From contig NC_042997.1 of assembly GCF_006345805.1 (NCBI RefSeq), forward strand, positions 57,102,001 through 57,166,000: 64,000 nt of DNA, written 5' to 3'. The position numbers were made by a program, and so were the translations under genes. The first letter of the stretch is position 1; each line of letters starts with the position of its first letter. A model generated the notes under the pieces. The model ran no database searches. It saw nothing but the letters and a program-made list of their open reading frames with translations, and was not told where the DNA came from. Origin of the DNA: Octopus sinensis. Lineage: Eukaryota. Positions 1 to 12,438 of the stretch are shown here, piece after piece.

Positions 1-239
1 CGATACTTGATGGATTATCAGATGATATGTTAAAAAATGTGCATTTCTGTTCATTCTACATTCAGCACATGAAACACTTTAACACTGCTTCATTAGCTAA
101 TCAAAATATTAGTCAAATCAAATCAAAACATTACCATATATTCACTATTGAGGTCTTTGAATATCTTTTCTTAACCTTTTCCATCATTCTTGATTTTGGG
201 CTGTTTTTATGCAATCTGATGTTCTTATTCCAGTTCATA

Positions 240-1115
240 TCTGAATATCATTGAGCTAGTCTTTCCTTTTGCCATCTATTTTTCCAGACATGATTATATT
301 TGCAAGCAACCTAGTCATTTTACTATTGTGACTGAAATACTGCATTTTTCTTCGACATGCTATTTCTGTCAGTCTTTCTTTTTACCTAATTAATGCATTA
401 AGTTATTCTAAGACTGACTGGTTTGTCTGCGATTCCTGTTAAGTAATGCCAACAATTCTGAAAGCACCTCATCTTGAATACTGACAATTTCATCGTTGTC
501 ATCATTTAGCATCTATTTTCCATGCTGGCATGGGTTCTCCATGCTATTTGAGCATGTCTATGTCTCCCATCCATACGAAACAATTGCACTTATCATAGAT
601 TGTATTAGCCATAGCTTGTTACTCATTGTAATGTTTTTGCTGTTCCAGATCTTTGATAATTGTTCTATTTCAATTCACATCTGTATCTCAGTTCTTTCAT
701 CCCCATAACCCAAATTCTCCTCACCATATTTCTTGAATAAATATCTAATCTCCTAATATCAAATAATTCACTTTTAGGACAGGTTAACAGATCAACATTG
801 TCTGGAAATCTTAAGGTTGCAATTAATCTTCTGCCAATCCTGTGCCTTCAGAATCTTCTTGGGTACCAGTCAGGATTTGTTCAAGAAATATGTTGAAAAG
901 TCCTGGTTATAATGGGCAGCAGCTTTGTCCCAGTTCAACATTTGCTTCATCTTTGCATTATTTCCTTGTCTTCCAGAACTGCACCAAATACTTTTCTTGC
1001 ATAGTTGTCTCAGTGTTCCAATCAATTACTGTGAAATGTCACACTTTTACAGTGCTCCTCTCCAGACCTTGGTTTTCATTTCAATTATCTGTTTTACAAG
1101 CATTGAAACCTTTCT
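240..1115 (-). mobile_element. Decayed RTE-clade LINE, RT and C-terminal part
   Basis: Broken minus-strand translation gives LFNIFLEQIL, LRFPDNVDLL (degenerate FADD region), KIWNSKNITMSNKLWLIQSMISAIVSYGWET, MRCFRIVGI and RRKMQYFSH...IIMSGKIDGKR. A short tail-element fragment interrupts it at ~493-545. Confidence 0.75.
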
Positions 1116-1500
1116 AGAACCCTGCAAGAAGGGTTTAACGGAAATCAGATGGAAACGGACATACCAAATTGCCAAAGATGGGCTAAATAGAGAAATAGTT
1201 TCATTGAAGACAAAAATAATAACATGCTGATATATAGAACATGAACTGAGGAAAGATGGACAATATATGAATGGACTATATTAGTATTCCATTAGAAGAG
1301 ATTTAACATTATGTACACTCTGGGATAAGAAAGACCAGAAGAAGGTTTAGAGCCATATATTCTTAAAAGTAAAGTAGTGGGGAAGCAATAAAACATTTGA
1401 AAAACCAACAAAACAATAGTAGGTTGTAAACTATCTTAGCAAAATATTACTAGAGTACTAAATTATCTAAAATTGCATGCACAAAGGATAATTGCTGAAA
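1115..1500 (+). mobile_element. Decayed RTE LINE fragment (pre-RT linker), inverted relative to 240-1115
   Basis: Peptide relics resemble the RTE region upstream of RT (..ERWTIYEWTI.., EPYILKSKVVG..IKHLK). Confidence 0.5.
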
Positions 1501-2269
1501 AAAGAAGCAGGATTCTAATAATGTGTTACAAAATACAACTTCTCAAAATTAGTATGGTGGAAAATCTTAATACTCCAGAACTTGTACCAAATGTTGATAC
1601 AAAACATGTTACAACATGTTACAAAATGAAATTGACAGACTATGTCATATGTAACCCAATCACTAATAAAGAACAAGTTCTACAATGTGCTTAAAACAGT
1701 AAATGGACCTTAGCTGTGCACAGTTGACTTGATACACTTTTATACTCTTATAATGAACAAATCTTAATAAAAAATGAGGGGTAAATTCTTGAATGATGAG
1801 GTGAGCACTTCTGTTTCCTATTCAATATGGGGTAATTCTACCAACAATCTACAAGTGAAAAACGTTTTGAAATTGTCTTTGATCCAATACTAAATGAAAT
1901 ACAGACAGCAATTCAAAACCTGGAAAACTGAAAATTTCCTGACACATAATATTCCAAATGAAATTTACAAATATGGCAGTGTAAGTTTAGTAACCAGAAT
2001 TAATGAAATTATTACTATATGTTAAAAGAACTCTATAATTCTTTTATGTTGGAAATGCACTAACAGTGTCGCTGTATATAAGAGAGAGCTGATATTAGAA
2101 ACAGTCAAGATATATCTCTTTTTTTTTGATGTGGCAGAAAAAAATCTTGGAATTAGAGGGGAAAATTTTTCAACACTGTTCAGAGATTTTCTAAAGTTTC
2201 ACTGTAAGTTTTGAGTCAAAACACAGCTGATATATTCATTTCTTGTCTCTTTGTCATGAAACTTTTGAA

Positions 2270-3380
2270 AATGACAATGAGATATGTACTTTGCCTTTAT
2301 AGACCTTACCAAAGCTTCTCATAGTCAACAGAAATATTTTGTGATGTGTTTTACAGGGATGTGGTTATCCACCAAAATTCCTCTGACTTCTGTGACAGTT
2401 TCAAGAAAGGATGTGAACTTGGATAATATTTGAAAGAATCCAAAACATTTGATGCTAATGTTAGAGTGAAGCAAGTTTGTGTGTTCTTGTCTCTGTGCCC
2501 TTCAACATGTTTATAATTCATTGCCACTCTTCTCACAAGTAGATATCAATTCAGTTGATGGTATTCGAATCTGTTATTGTTCAGATGGTGTTTTTAGTAA
2601 TCTCCGTAGACTTAAAGTAAGGTTCAAAACACTATTTGAACTCCAGTATATGGGTGATTCAGCTGCTGTTCCATATCAGCTACAATTGCTTTAGAATAGT
2701 ATAATATCAGCATCAAATACTTACCAATGTGTCAGAATTAAAAATTAATTGTTAAAAAGAAAAAAAAAAACTGAAGTTAATACTGCAAGTACCTGAGGAA
2801 AAACAAATTCTGTGCAATTGTTCATTGATGACACTTTGCTTCAAAATGCACATCACATCACTTGGAAGTATCGTTGTCAGTTTGGGAACATGTATATGAA
2901 GAAATTCAAAACTCCACATTTTCTTCCTCAGCATTATAAAAGAACTATTTTATAATTAGGACCTCTGACTGCACACAACGCTGGGAATATAGAGTAGTTT
3001 GCATTTGAATTTTTTTGAGTGGCTGTGAAACTTGGACTCTATCATTGACATGTTAAGATTCTTGATTTATTTTACATCCACTCCCTCCAATACTTTTGGG
3101 GGTAATATGGAGGGACGAGATCTCTTACGGGCTATCTTGAAAACAATTCTGTGTGTTGTAAAAGTGAGGTACAAAGAGCACATTAAAAAAGCAATGAAGG
3201 CATGCTGCAAACTTTCTGACTCACAACTGAATAGTTGTCTCAGTATGGAATCACTTCAGAGTGTGTCTCCCACTTTGAGAAAGATGTATGACCTCAAGGG
3301 AGAAAAAAAAAGAATGTCACCAATGACAACATCAAGACAAGGAATCAACAACAATCTCATTTGTCGAATATCTAATCATT
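2270..3380 (+). mobile_element. Decayed RTE-clade LINE (second subfamily), RT to C-terminus
   Basis: Relics include FIDLTKA, GCGYPPKF, VRVKQVCVL, DGIRICYCSDGVFSNLRRLKVRFKTLFELQYMGDSAAV and SGCETWTL; many stops and frameshifts. Confidence 0.75.
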
Positions 3381-4624
3381 GACAACAGGATTAGCTTTAT
3401 AATCATCTGTCATGTGACAAGTCATCAACAAAGAAGAAAAGGAAACATCATTATGTGTTAAGATGGGCTATTCAAGGATATGATGAATCGTTTATAAACA
3501 AAGAAAAGTTAATAGTAGAGAATGTTTGATAAACCCATGTGTATGACAATAAAAGAAGAAAGCTAGATTGTCTTGGAATTCAGTCAAAGGTTTGAATAAG
3601 TAAATGCTTATCAAAATGCTAAATCCCACTGCATATGAAGAAGAGGTGTGGGTTAAAGTGTATATGGGGGGGAAAAAGGGGGATAGTGTATTTACAGAGA
3701 GGTTCAAAGTGCACAGCTTGTATATGATTTGATCTGGCTGATCAAAATGTAAACTTAAAACCCTGCAAAAAAATTGATTTTTCAATAATAAAAATTACCT
3801 TGATAAGTAAACTTATTGATTTGAAACCAAATTTATAGCTAAAAATAGAAAATACCACTTTACGTGGCCAAGAAAAAATCTAAAGATTTCTAAAATTTCT
3901 AAACAGCTAGCAACATGTATATTAAAAAAGTAAAATATTTTTTTTCAGTTAATACTGATTACAATTCACACAGCAGGAATAAATTTAAGGTAGTTTGAAG
4001 AAACATGGTAGATGAGTAACAATTTAATGATAGAAAATATGAGAAATTCAAAGCTATATAAGTCTAGACTATATAGTTCAGATAGTTTGAATTAGCATTT
4101 AGCCTTAGAGGATATTTTTAACTGCTCTCCACTGAATAATGAAGAAAGTGTAAATATATATATAAAGATGGATAAAACGTATAAATTGCAAAAAAATTTA
4201 CTATTATGGTAAGTAAAATCATATCTTTTGCATATACATACATACACATGTGTATGTGTGTGTAATGTGCATGGGCACATACAAAAACCTAACTATATAC
4301 ATTTCTCCTTTTTAATGACATTATTTAATCAAATAAGCTATTTGAATACTGATTTTGTTTACTAGAATAGCATTTTTTTAAAGCAATTTCATATAGCTTA
4401 GCCATCTTGGAAAATGCTTACATCCAACACAACTAAAGATTCCAATAGCTCAGCAAACTTATTCTCAGGTATAAATGTAACATCATGCAGTAAGAACTTT
4501 GCCAATCAATCACTGGTTGTCTATTTAAAGCTGTAAATGGCTGTAGTACATCTACACTTACAGTTTTCATCTCAAGTCCTGAACCCTCATCTTGTCCAGA
4601 ATATTAGTTGTGCTGGTACCACAT

Positions 4625-4822
4625 TAAAAGCACTGGTGCTGGTGCCATATTAAAATTACTCATTACACACTGTAAAGTGGTTGGTTTTAAGAAGGGCAAT
4701 GAGCCATAGAAACCATGCCAGAACAGACAATGGAGTCTGGTGCAGCCCCTGCATTACCAGCTCCTGTTAAACTGTCCAACCATGCCAGCATGAAAAAAAG
4801 GACATTAAATGATGATGATGCT
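4625..4822 (+). mobile_element. Short element or truncated LINE copy with the RTE-LINE 3' tail, ending in (GAT)n
   Basis: Matches 12620-12797 (gtggttgg..aagggca..ctgtccaaccatgccagcatg..ggacattaaatgatgatgatg). Confidence 0.8.
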
Positions 4823-5789
4823 GGATGCTGTTCAGAGACATACCTTCCCTCAGTCACCTAGCATATCTTAAACATCTTGCATCTCAGGGCTTCAATATCT
4901 AGCAGCTGACTTAGTAAAACTTGCAAGATTCCCCACCATCTTTTCCAATAATTTTGATCACCATTTTGAATTCAACATCTGCCATACATGCTTATAAAAT
5001 CCCACTCAGAATTGTCAAAGTATGGAATATACTATCTATATTTGTTCTTAACTGTCAGGACACTACATCCTTAAAAAACTCCATACTTTCTGAAATTTGC
5101 TAACATTACCCCTGATGTGTCGGTGCACCCTTTCTCTTTATGACCCATTTACTGTTCACCTTTGTTGTTTTGTGTTTTATATTATGCAGAAGGCATGTAA
5201 TTTTTGGCTATTACTGCTGCTTTCTGTCCTCTCTTTTTATCCTTTTCTGACAACTTGTAGTGCACTTGAGCATTGTATATAACACACTCAGTATTATTAT
5301 TAAACAATAATACATATATTACATCAGTATGTACTGAAATATTAATAAATGTTATTGCATCAATAATTACAAAAACAGAAACAAGTTTATTATAGTAAAT
5401 AGAACAGATATTATGTCTAATAAAAAACAAACTATGTAGACAATGTTTATATGAACCAAAAATCATCTAGACTACATAACAGATAGACATAAAAAGACTT
5501 CAAAAAACAGAACATGACAAACATTAAATCTAATCTCAAACAAGCATTAATAATATATTACAAAAATAGGAAATTTAAATGTCTTTTCATTAACAACAAA
5601 CCTGCAAGCCACTAAGCAAAACTTCAAATAACCATATGGAACCATTAAAGTTGGACAACCAAATAACATACTTTATTGCTGTCTGACTATGCATCTACAA
5701 CAAAGTACTGGTTTAATATCTTATCTTGCACAACAAAAAAACAAGGTAGATAGGAAAAGAACAGAGCCTAAAAGAGAAGGCTCCAAATA

Positions 5790-5965
5790 GTTCTCCAGCC
5801 TGCTAGAAATAGCAGCCAAATACCCTTCAAATTGCACTCTTGTCTTAAAGAATACAAGATATGTTGGATACAGTAGTACTAGATATATTATTTAAAAATA
5901 AGATGGTAAAGTTATGACAAGATCATTGCTGATCATAAGTCACTCAATCAGGACTGACCTGGGTT
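5790..5965 (+). repeat. Unclassified ~200 bp interspersed repeat; other copies at ~26975-27155(+), ~34870-35005(-), ~38400-38830(+, interrupted), ~59385-59440(-), ~63590-63775(-)
   Basis: Shared core ctgctagaaatagcagccaaat..tcaaatcacac..gatggt..tgatcataagtc recurs within the window. Confidence 0.6.
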
Positions 5966-6125
5966 TAACACTAGCATTTAAGCCAGCTATATCTGACCCA
6001 TATATTCTAACTGTTTTATCTTCAAACTGACCAGATCTGGCGCCTCTCACATCTATGCTACAATGTCATTCTAAAAATAGTCACGTCATTGAAATCTCGA
6101 AACTTCAAAGCATTACATTTGATGA
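5966..6125 (+). mobile_element. Partial copy of the piggyBac-type MITE seen intact at 42741-42946
   Basis: tagcatttaagccagctatatctg..aaactgaccagatctggcgcctctcacatct matches the 5' half of that MITE. Confidence 0.6.
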
Positions 6126-6577
6126 TAATAAGAATATTAAAAAATTAAACAATAATAGATGAAAAAAAAAAACAATAACAACAAATATTCTTACATTTTA
6201 CTGATTAGCTGCAAAACTGTAGACATGGAAACTATATTAACAACTAAATATAATAGAAAACATAATTGATGCAGCATCTTAGTAACAAACTAAAGCCAGG
6301 AATACAGATAGATGAGATGGATTTGTTGGGAAGCAGAGCAGAGCCTGGTTCTTGTTGGATAGCACAGAAATGAATTAGCAACTCTAGGTGAGGTACTGAG
6401 TAGGACACCCCAATGCAGTACAGGACAGCTAAATAGCGATTTACAGTACTTAAATGGCTGAAGCATTGGTGAAGTCTAATGTGCTGTTAATAATGTTCCA
6501 GTATTGGCAGTGAGATACTTTGCAGTTGATATTCTTTCTGTCTGTCTGTCTTTGACTCGCCCCCTCTCTCTGTTTTT

Positions 6578-6630
<53 letters not shown>

Positions 6631-6705
6631 ATCAAAAAGTAAAATTTACCACCACTTAAAAGTGGATGTTGTTAGCAATATTTACTGAGAGAAACTCTCA
6701 TATGG

Positions 6706-6942
6706 ATAAGGCAGCGAGCTGGCAGAAATGTTAGCACGCCGGGCGAAATGCTTTGCAGTATTTCACCTGCCGTTATGTTCTGAGTTCAAATTCCGCCAAT
6801 GTCGACTATGCCTTTCATCCTTTTGGGGTCAATTAAATAAGTACCAGTTACGTACTGGAGTCAATGTAATCAACTTACTCCGTTTGTCTGTCCTTGTTTG
6901 TCCCCTATGTGTTTAGCCCCTTGTGGGCAGTAAAGAAATAAA
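6706..6942 (+). mobile_element. tRNA-derived SINE (type A), young, inserted in a MITE
   Basis: Pol III A-box-like agctggcagaa and B box gagttcaaattcc (6782-6794); flanked by a 14-bp near-perfect TSD, aaactctcatatgg (6692-6705) / aaattctcatatgg (6943-6956). Confidence 0.9.
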
Positions 6943-7142
6943 AAATTCTCATATGGTTTTGAGGTGCATGTAAGCACACTTGTTTATAGTGCTAGTGGGA
7001 GACAATCACTGCCAGGATTAACAGATCACATGATTTTGGCCTTCTAAATGGTAGATACCTGATTACTGGAAATAGAAGTATCCATCCCGCTAGCAATATA
7101 TGCTGGATCACAGTGCCAATCAAGCACTGGTGTTGCTAAAAG

Positions 7143-7494
7143 CCAGTTGGCTTATTAAAAAATAATTAAAGCTACAAAAGCAATATTAATACCAAAAGGT
7201 AACATTTATCACCACTTAAAAGTGGATGTTGTGTTAGAACACACAATACTGTGATATTTGCCATGAGAGAAGGCCATGAAAAAAAGACTGAAATCACATG
7301 ATCTGGTAGCAGCATTGGCAGTGATTGTCCCCTGCTAGCAGTATAAATAAGAGTGCTTATATGTACCACAAAATCATGAGAGATTCTCTGATGGCAAATA
7401 TTGCAGTATTCTGTGTTCTAACTCAGCATCTACATTTAAGTGGTGATAAATTTTACCATTTGGTATTGATACCACTTCTGTTGCTTTAATTATA
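7143..7494. mobile_element. MITE with long (~120 bp) imperfect TIRs; a truncated inverted sister copy lies at 6633-7050
   Basis: Left aattaaagctacaaaag..ccaaaaggtaacatttatcaccacttaaaagtggatgttg..ttagaacacacaatactg pairs with the reverse complement of 7391-7492; TA-rich flanks. Confidence 0.75.
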
Positions 7495-7693
7495 TATATA
7501 TTATATTAAATTAGAGATAAAACCACTATTAGGCAAATCAAACGGTGAAAATCATAAACCAATACATAGAAATAAAATTAATTAATTCTAGAGAGTATTG
7601 GAATATCCTTCAAAGATGAATTCCAAAATAGCAGTTCTATCTTACCTGTAAATTCCATAATTTACTCCCTAATATTATTATTATATATATATA

Positions 7694-7726
<33 letters not shown>

Positions 7727-7729
7727 GTG

Positions 7730-7890
7730 TCCTACACTCTCAGAGTGGTTGGCGTTAGGAAGGGCATCCAGCTGTAGAAACTCTGTCAGATCAGATTGGA
7801 GCCTGGTGCAGCCATCTGGTTCACCAGTCCTCAGTCAAATCGTCCAACCCATACTAGCATAGAAAGTGGACATTAAACAATGATGATGAT
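7730..7890 (+). mobile_element. RTE-tail short element
   Basis: ggttggcgttaggaagggcatccagctgtagaaac...ggacattaaacaatgatgatgat, set within (TA)n. Confidence 0.85.
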
Positions 7891-8524
7891 ATATATATAT
7901 ATATAATTTTGTTAGAGATTGCTGAACAAAGAAATTTTTGTTTTGTGGCACATCTCAGAATACAATAAGGAAATAAATTGAATTTAACAGTTTTGTCATT
8001 TTAATGGCTAAAATAATTTTCATCCTGCAATACTTCCAGTTTCTAAGAAATCTTTGATAAAACAATCGTTTTTGAGTGAGACAGACAATGTCCATGTAAT
8101 TATTTTTTTAATTATAAGGATGATGAAATTGGAAGCTAAAGTTGTTAATGTATAAGTTAAAATGTTGCAGGGATAGAAAGGTAGTTTTAAAAGATGTAGT
8201 TTAGAAAACTCAGGTGGAGAAAAGTCAGGGTGAAATGACCAGAAGATGATCCATATGTGCATTTAGTAAGGTTGGGTTGCAAGTGGTTATGAAGTTGTTT
8301 TGCCTGAGGTTAACACTGATCAAGCAGGCTTATGATCAATGGTGCCCCAACTCTGACTATTCTTTTTGTTAGACAGTGCATCCAGGATTACATTGTCCAA
8401 TGTACCCTTTTTAAAAGATGGATGGAAATTGAGGAGGGTTTGGTTGATATTTCTAGCAGGTTGAATAACCATATAGAGGCTTCTTTGTTTTCTTGTCCTT
8501 TATGTGTTAGATAGGGCGCAGTTT

Positions 8525-8850
8525 ATCATCATCATCATCATCATTTAATGTCCGCTTTCCATGCTAGCATGGGTTGGACGATTTAACTGAATACTGCACC
8601 AGGTTCCAATCTTGATCTGGCAGTTTCTACTGCTGGATGCTCTTCCTAACACCAACCACTCCGAGAGTGTAGTGGGTGCTTTTACGTGCCAGCGGCACGG
8701 GGGCCAGTCAGGCGGTACTGGCAACAACCTTGCTTGAATGTTTTTCACGTGCCAGTAAGGTGATCCTGTAAAGATCACACTCGAACGGTGCCTTTTACGT
8801 GACACCAGCACAGAAGCCAGATAGCCGCTCTGGCAACAATCACGCTCAGA
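8525..8850 (-). mobile_element. RTE-tail short element with ~60-bp repeat-unit relics
   Basis: (atc)n tail, ccatgctagcatgg palindrome and reverse-complement match to 12440-12797. Confidence 0.85.
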
Positions 8851-11291
8851 TTATAATAATGGATTTTAGTAATTCTTTTACTGGTTTTGATCATTAGGCA
8901 GTGTCCATGCTGGGATACTGCTTTTAAGCATTTAAGGTGATCATATTGACCTCAGTATAAGTAAAAAAAATCTTGCTGGCTTGTGGCTATGAAGTTAAGT
9001 TCAGAAGAGCAACAGGAAAGGATAGCATTGGTAACTAAAAAGTTTCACCTTTTCCTAATTCTAATTATTGTATGTGTTTGTGTGAAATAAGATTTTGAAC
9101 TGTAAATAAGATTTTGAATGTAATTTATACAAGAACAGAAGCAGATAGGTGTTGACATACTTTCTTGTACTGGAGATTTTGTGATAATATTTTTAACTAT
9201 GTGATATTAATGGAAGAGGTAAAATTCAAGTACAATGTTGTAGTGAGTGAGTGATTCATTGAGATGCAACAATTATTTAAAGAAAGGAAAAAGTAGACAG
9301 ATAGATAGATAGATTCAGTTATTGTCATTGCTCTTTTCTTTTTCTCCTTAATTTGCTTGTTTCACATTCTGAAAATAATGAGGTAATTTCCTTCTGGTCT
9401 TACTTAAACTGTAGAGAGACCTTTGATCTTGATTAAACATTATAAATGGGTACAGGCTGTATTTCATTACAGAATTATAGTAGTAAACCAAATTTGTAGT
9501 TGGTTGTCAGAGTGTAATGACTGGTTAATATAGCCATTTAATAAAACTAGATAGAAAAGTTATACCAGCTTAACTACTATGTAAGATGTATTGAAGCAAA
9601 GAAAAATGAGTAAACATTGAACTGCTTCAGATGATGAGGTTCCAGCTTGGGAATCCAGGCATTTTGGGGGGTATGGAGGTGCCCCCTTAGTTGCCATGCT
9701 TCCCAGGACAGCAGTACCTATCAAGGCCCTCGTTGTGAGTCAAAGAGAAAAAGTTGGTCATGTGGCTTAGGCATACAGGACTGAGGAAAGGGTTCACTCC
9801 TAGATACATGTCACACAGACCTATTGGTGTGTTTCTGATGTCACATGAAACAGAGAGTTAAATAGGGCCTGTGCAAAAATAAATTGTAACTAAACTGGCA
9901 GAAGGTAACGGCAATCAATTGCTGTTGCTTCCTCAAGAAAAATCATGAATCTTAAGACTTTGCCATAGAAGTCTATGATCACTGATGATTGTAGGTATGT
10001 TGCATGAAGAAAAAAGAGACACATTCATGTCTGTATATGTACATACATATAGCTTGCGTATAAGTGTATATATTAATAAAACAAAAACAACATGCACTGC
10101 AAACTACTTCAAAATATATTTGGCATGGGTTGCAGAGACTTATTGAGGTAGTATTCTACAGTAGATTTAATAGTTAGAAACTGAAAGAAGCCTGTTGCAT
10201 ACACACACACATGTGTGTGTGGGGGGGTCTCCTTATCTTAACATTATGCAATAGTTAAAATTGAATGTCACTGTCATATAAGCGTCCATTTCCAATCTGT
10301 AACTAATATCAGATTTTAACCAACTGACCAATAGAATTTAAAATTTCCAAGAAAATGAATGCTTTTTTGAAAAAGAACAATTTGTGATCTTTACTTAATA
10401 AAACAAGTATCTGAGAAAAAGAAGTATTACTCTTATATTTCTTACATTTCCTCCATTATAAACAAATTTGAAGATTTGAAGCTTATTGGGTGTCTTAATA
10501 GAAAGAAATTTAAATATGGACAGTCAGTCTTCTATCAAGAAAGATGACAAAGTGTTGATTTTAGATTCAATTTATGTCACTTAGATGTTAATAAGCTCCC
10601 TAGAAAACAAAATGCTAGGAACAAATAAGATAAATCAGAAAGACTAATTAGAATTTTAAAACTATTAGTTAAGAAGGTACCAATTCCGTTATTCTAAGAA
10701 TACCATTGAAAGTACTTATGCAACCTACCAAAACATCTAATAGTTGAAATGATGATCAATTACTTCTTAGTAAACCTCTAAAATCTCCAAAGGTAGGAGG
10801 CAAATGCCTACAATACAGCCTTGTACACTTTAAAGAATTTAACTTCGATGACTGCCTTCAATATCTCAATAGAAAACTGGAATTCTAAAACTATGTAATA
10901 GAGTTTGTTGAAGAATGATAGTTTTGGGTTATTTTATTTGAGAGTTAAAAGATCCAGTAAACAAAAATGCGACTAGCTGCCTGAAGGAGGAAGTTAGTGG
11001 AGGAATCTCCACTTTCTGATGGTTTTTCTTAAGCTGGTGATAAGACAAGTCATGTAGTGAAAGTCAGAGAGGAGTTTCATTTTACTAAATAACAAAAAGT
11101 ATGCGAGTAGAGTCTCTCATATTTGTGGAAGAATTTGGAAAGGTATGCAAAAGTAAATTCGATCTTACTTAACATAAAAATTTACAGCCATGATCTGGGA
11201 TGTATCCAAACTAAAGAAACACATTTGTGTATCATGTTTGTAATAGAGTCACTGCTGGATAGTTCTAGTTATCAGTGATGACCATATTCAT

Positions 11292-12170
11292 TTAGAATCG
11301 AGGGGCCTTAGAGTCAACCTAGCTAAAACCAAAGTACTAATAAGTAGAAAGTTAGAAAATCCACAAATATCCTCAGGAAGATGGCCCTGCTCGATCTGTA
11401 GAAAAGGTGTAGGTAGAAACTCTATAAGATGTACCCAGTGTAAGCTATGGACACATAAGAGGTGCAGCAATGTCAAAGGTAGGCTAACTGGGAAGATAGT
11501 TTTTGTATGTGGCAGATGCTCTGGAGCATTGACCTCCGAAAATCTGCAGAAAACAACTTCCGTCACTTTCCGGGGGGAAAAACTAGAAGTAGTTGATAGC
11601 TTCCGCTATCTAGGTGACCAAGTCAGTAGTGGGGGCGGGTGCGCTGAAAGTGTAACTGCTAGAATAAGAATAGCCTGGGCAAAGTTTAGGGAGCTCTTAC
11701 CTCTGCTGGTGACTAAAGGCCTCTCGCTCAGAGTAAAAGGCAGACTGTATGATGCATGTGTACGAACAGCTATGCTACATGGCAGTGAAACATGGGCCGT
11801 GACTGCTGAGGACATGCGTAAGCTTGTGAGGAACGAAGCCAGTATGCTCCGATGGATGTGTAATGTCAGTGTACTTACTCGACAGAGCGTTAGTACCTTG
11901 AGAGAAATGTTGTACCTAAGAAGCATCAGTTGTTGTGTGCAAGAGAGACGATTGTGCTGGTATGGTCATGTGGCGAGAATGGATGAAGATAGGTGTGTGA
12001 GAAAGTGCCAATCCCTAGCAGTTGAGGGAACCCGTGGAAGAGGTAGACCCAGGAAAACCTGGGACGAAGTGGTGAAGCACGACCTTCGGACGTTAGGTCT
12101 CACCATGGAAATGACTAGAGACCGAGACCTATGGAAGTATGCTGTGCGTGAGAAGACCCGGCAAGACTAG
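11292..12170 (+). CDS. LINE ORF C-terminal portion (no start codon, 5' truncated); extends the listed ORF 11529..12170 upstream in the same frame
   Basis: Same frame as 11529, with no stop from 11292 to TAG at 12170; includes CSIC..CTQC..H..C..CGRC. Confidence 0.85.
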   Translation, partial: LESRGLRVNLAKTKVLISRKLENPQISSGRWPCSICRKGVGRNSIRCTQCKLWTHKRCSNVKGRLTGKIVFVCGRCSGALTSENLQKTTSVTFRGEKLEVVDSFRYLGDQVSSGGGCAESVTARIRIAWAKFRELLPLLVTKGLSLRVKGRLYDACVRTAMLHGSETWAVTAEDMRKLVRNEASMLRWMCNVSVLTRQSVSTLREMLYLRSISCCVQERRLCWYGHVARMDEDRCVRKCQSLAVEGTRGRGRPRKTWDEVVKHDLRTLGLTMEMTRDRDLWKYAVREKTRQD

Positions 12171-12438
12171 TGAAGCCATAATCCGTGGCCCCTACCTGGG
12201 ACGTAGTCAGTCCACCTGTGCATACCTTCCTTCTTGTGACACTTGTGAAGACCTGTTGAGGCAAGTGAGAATCGAATCGAATCAAATCAAATCAAATCGA
12301 ACCAAATCAAAATAGATGAACATCAATGGAATTTGTATCCTTGTGGTACCAGTGCCGGTGGCACATAAGAAAACCATCCGAACGTGATCGTAGCCAGTAC
12401 CGCAACGACTGGCCTCCGTGCTGAGGGCACGTAACAAA

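Noticed and set aside
3032-3382. 116-aa ORF as a host gene or hAT transposase end
   Set aside because: It lies within a decayed RTE LINE; the recognisable LINE motifs are in other frames.
6706-6800. tRNA gene
   Set aside because: A and B boxes are present, but I see no cloverleaf, and the sequence continues into a repeated SINE body with a TSD.
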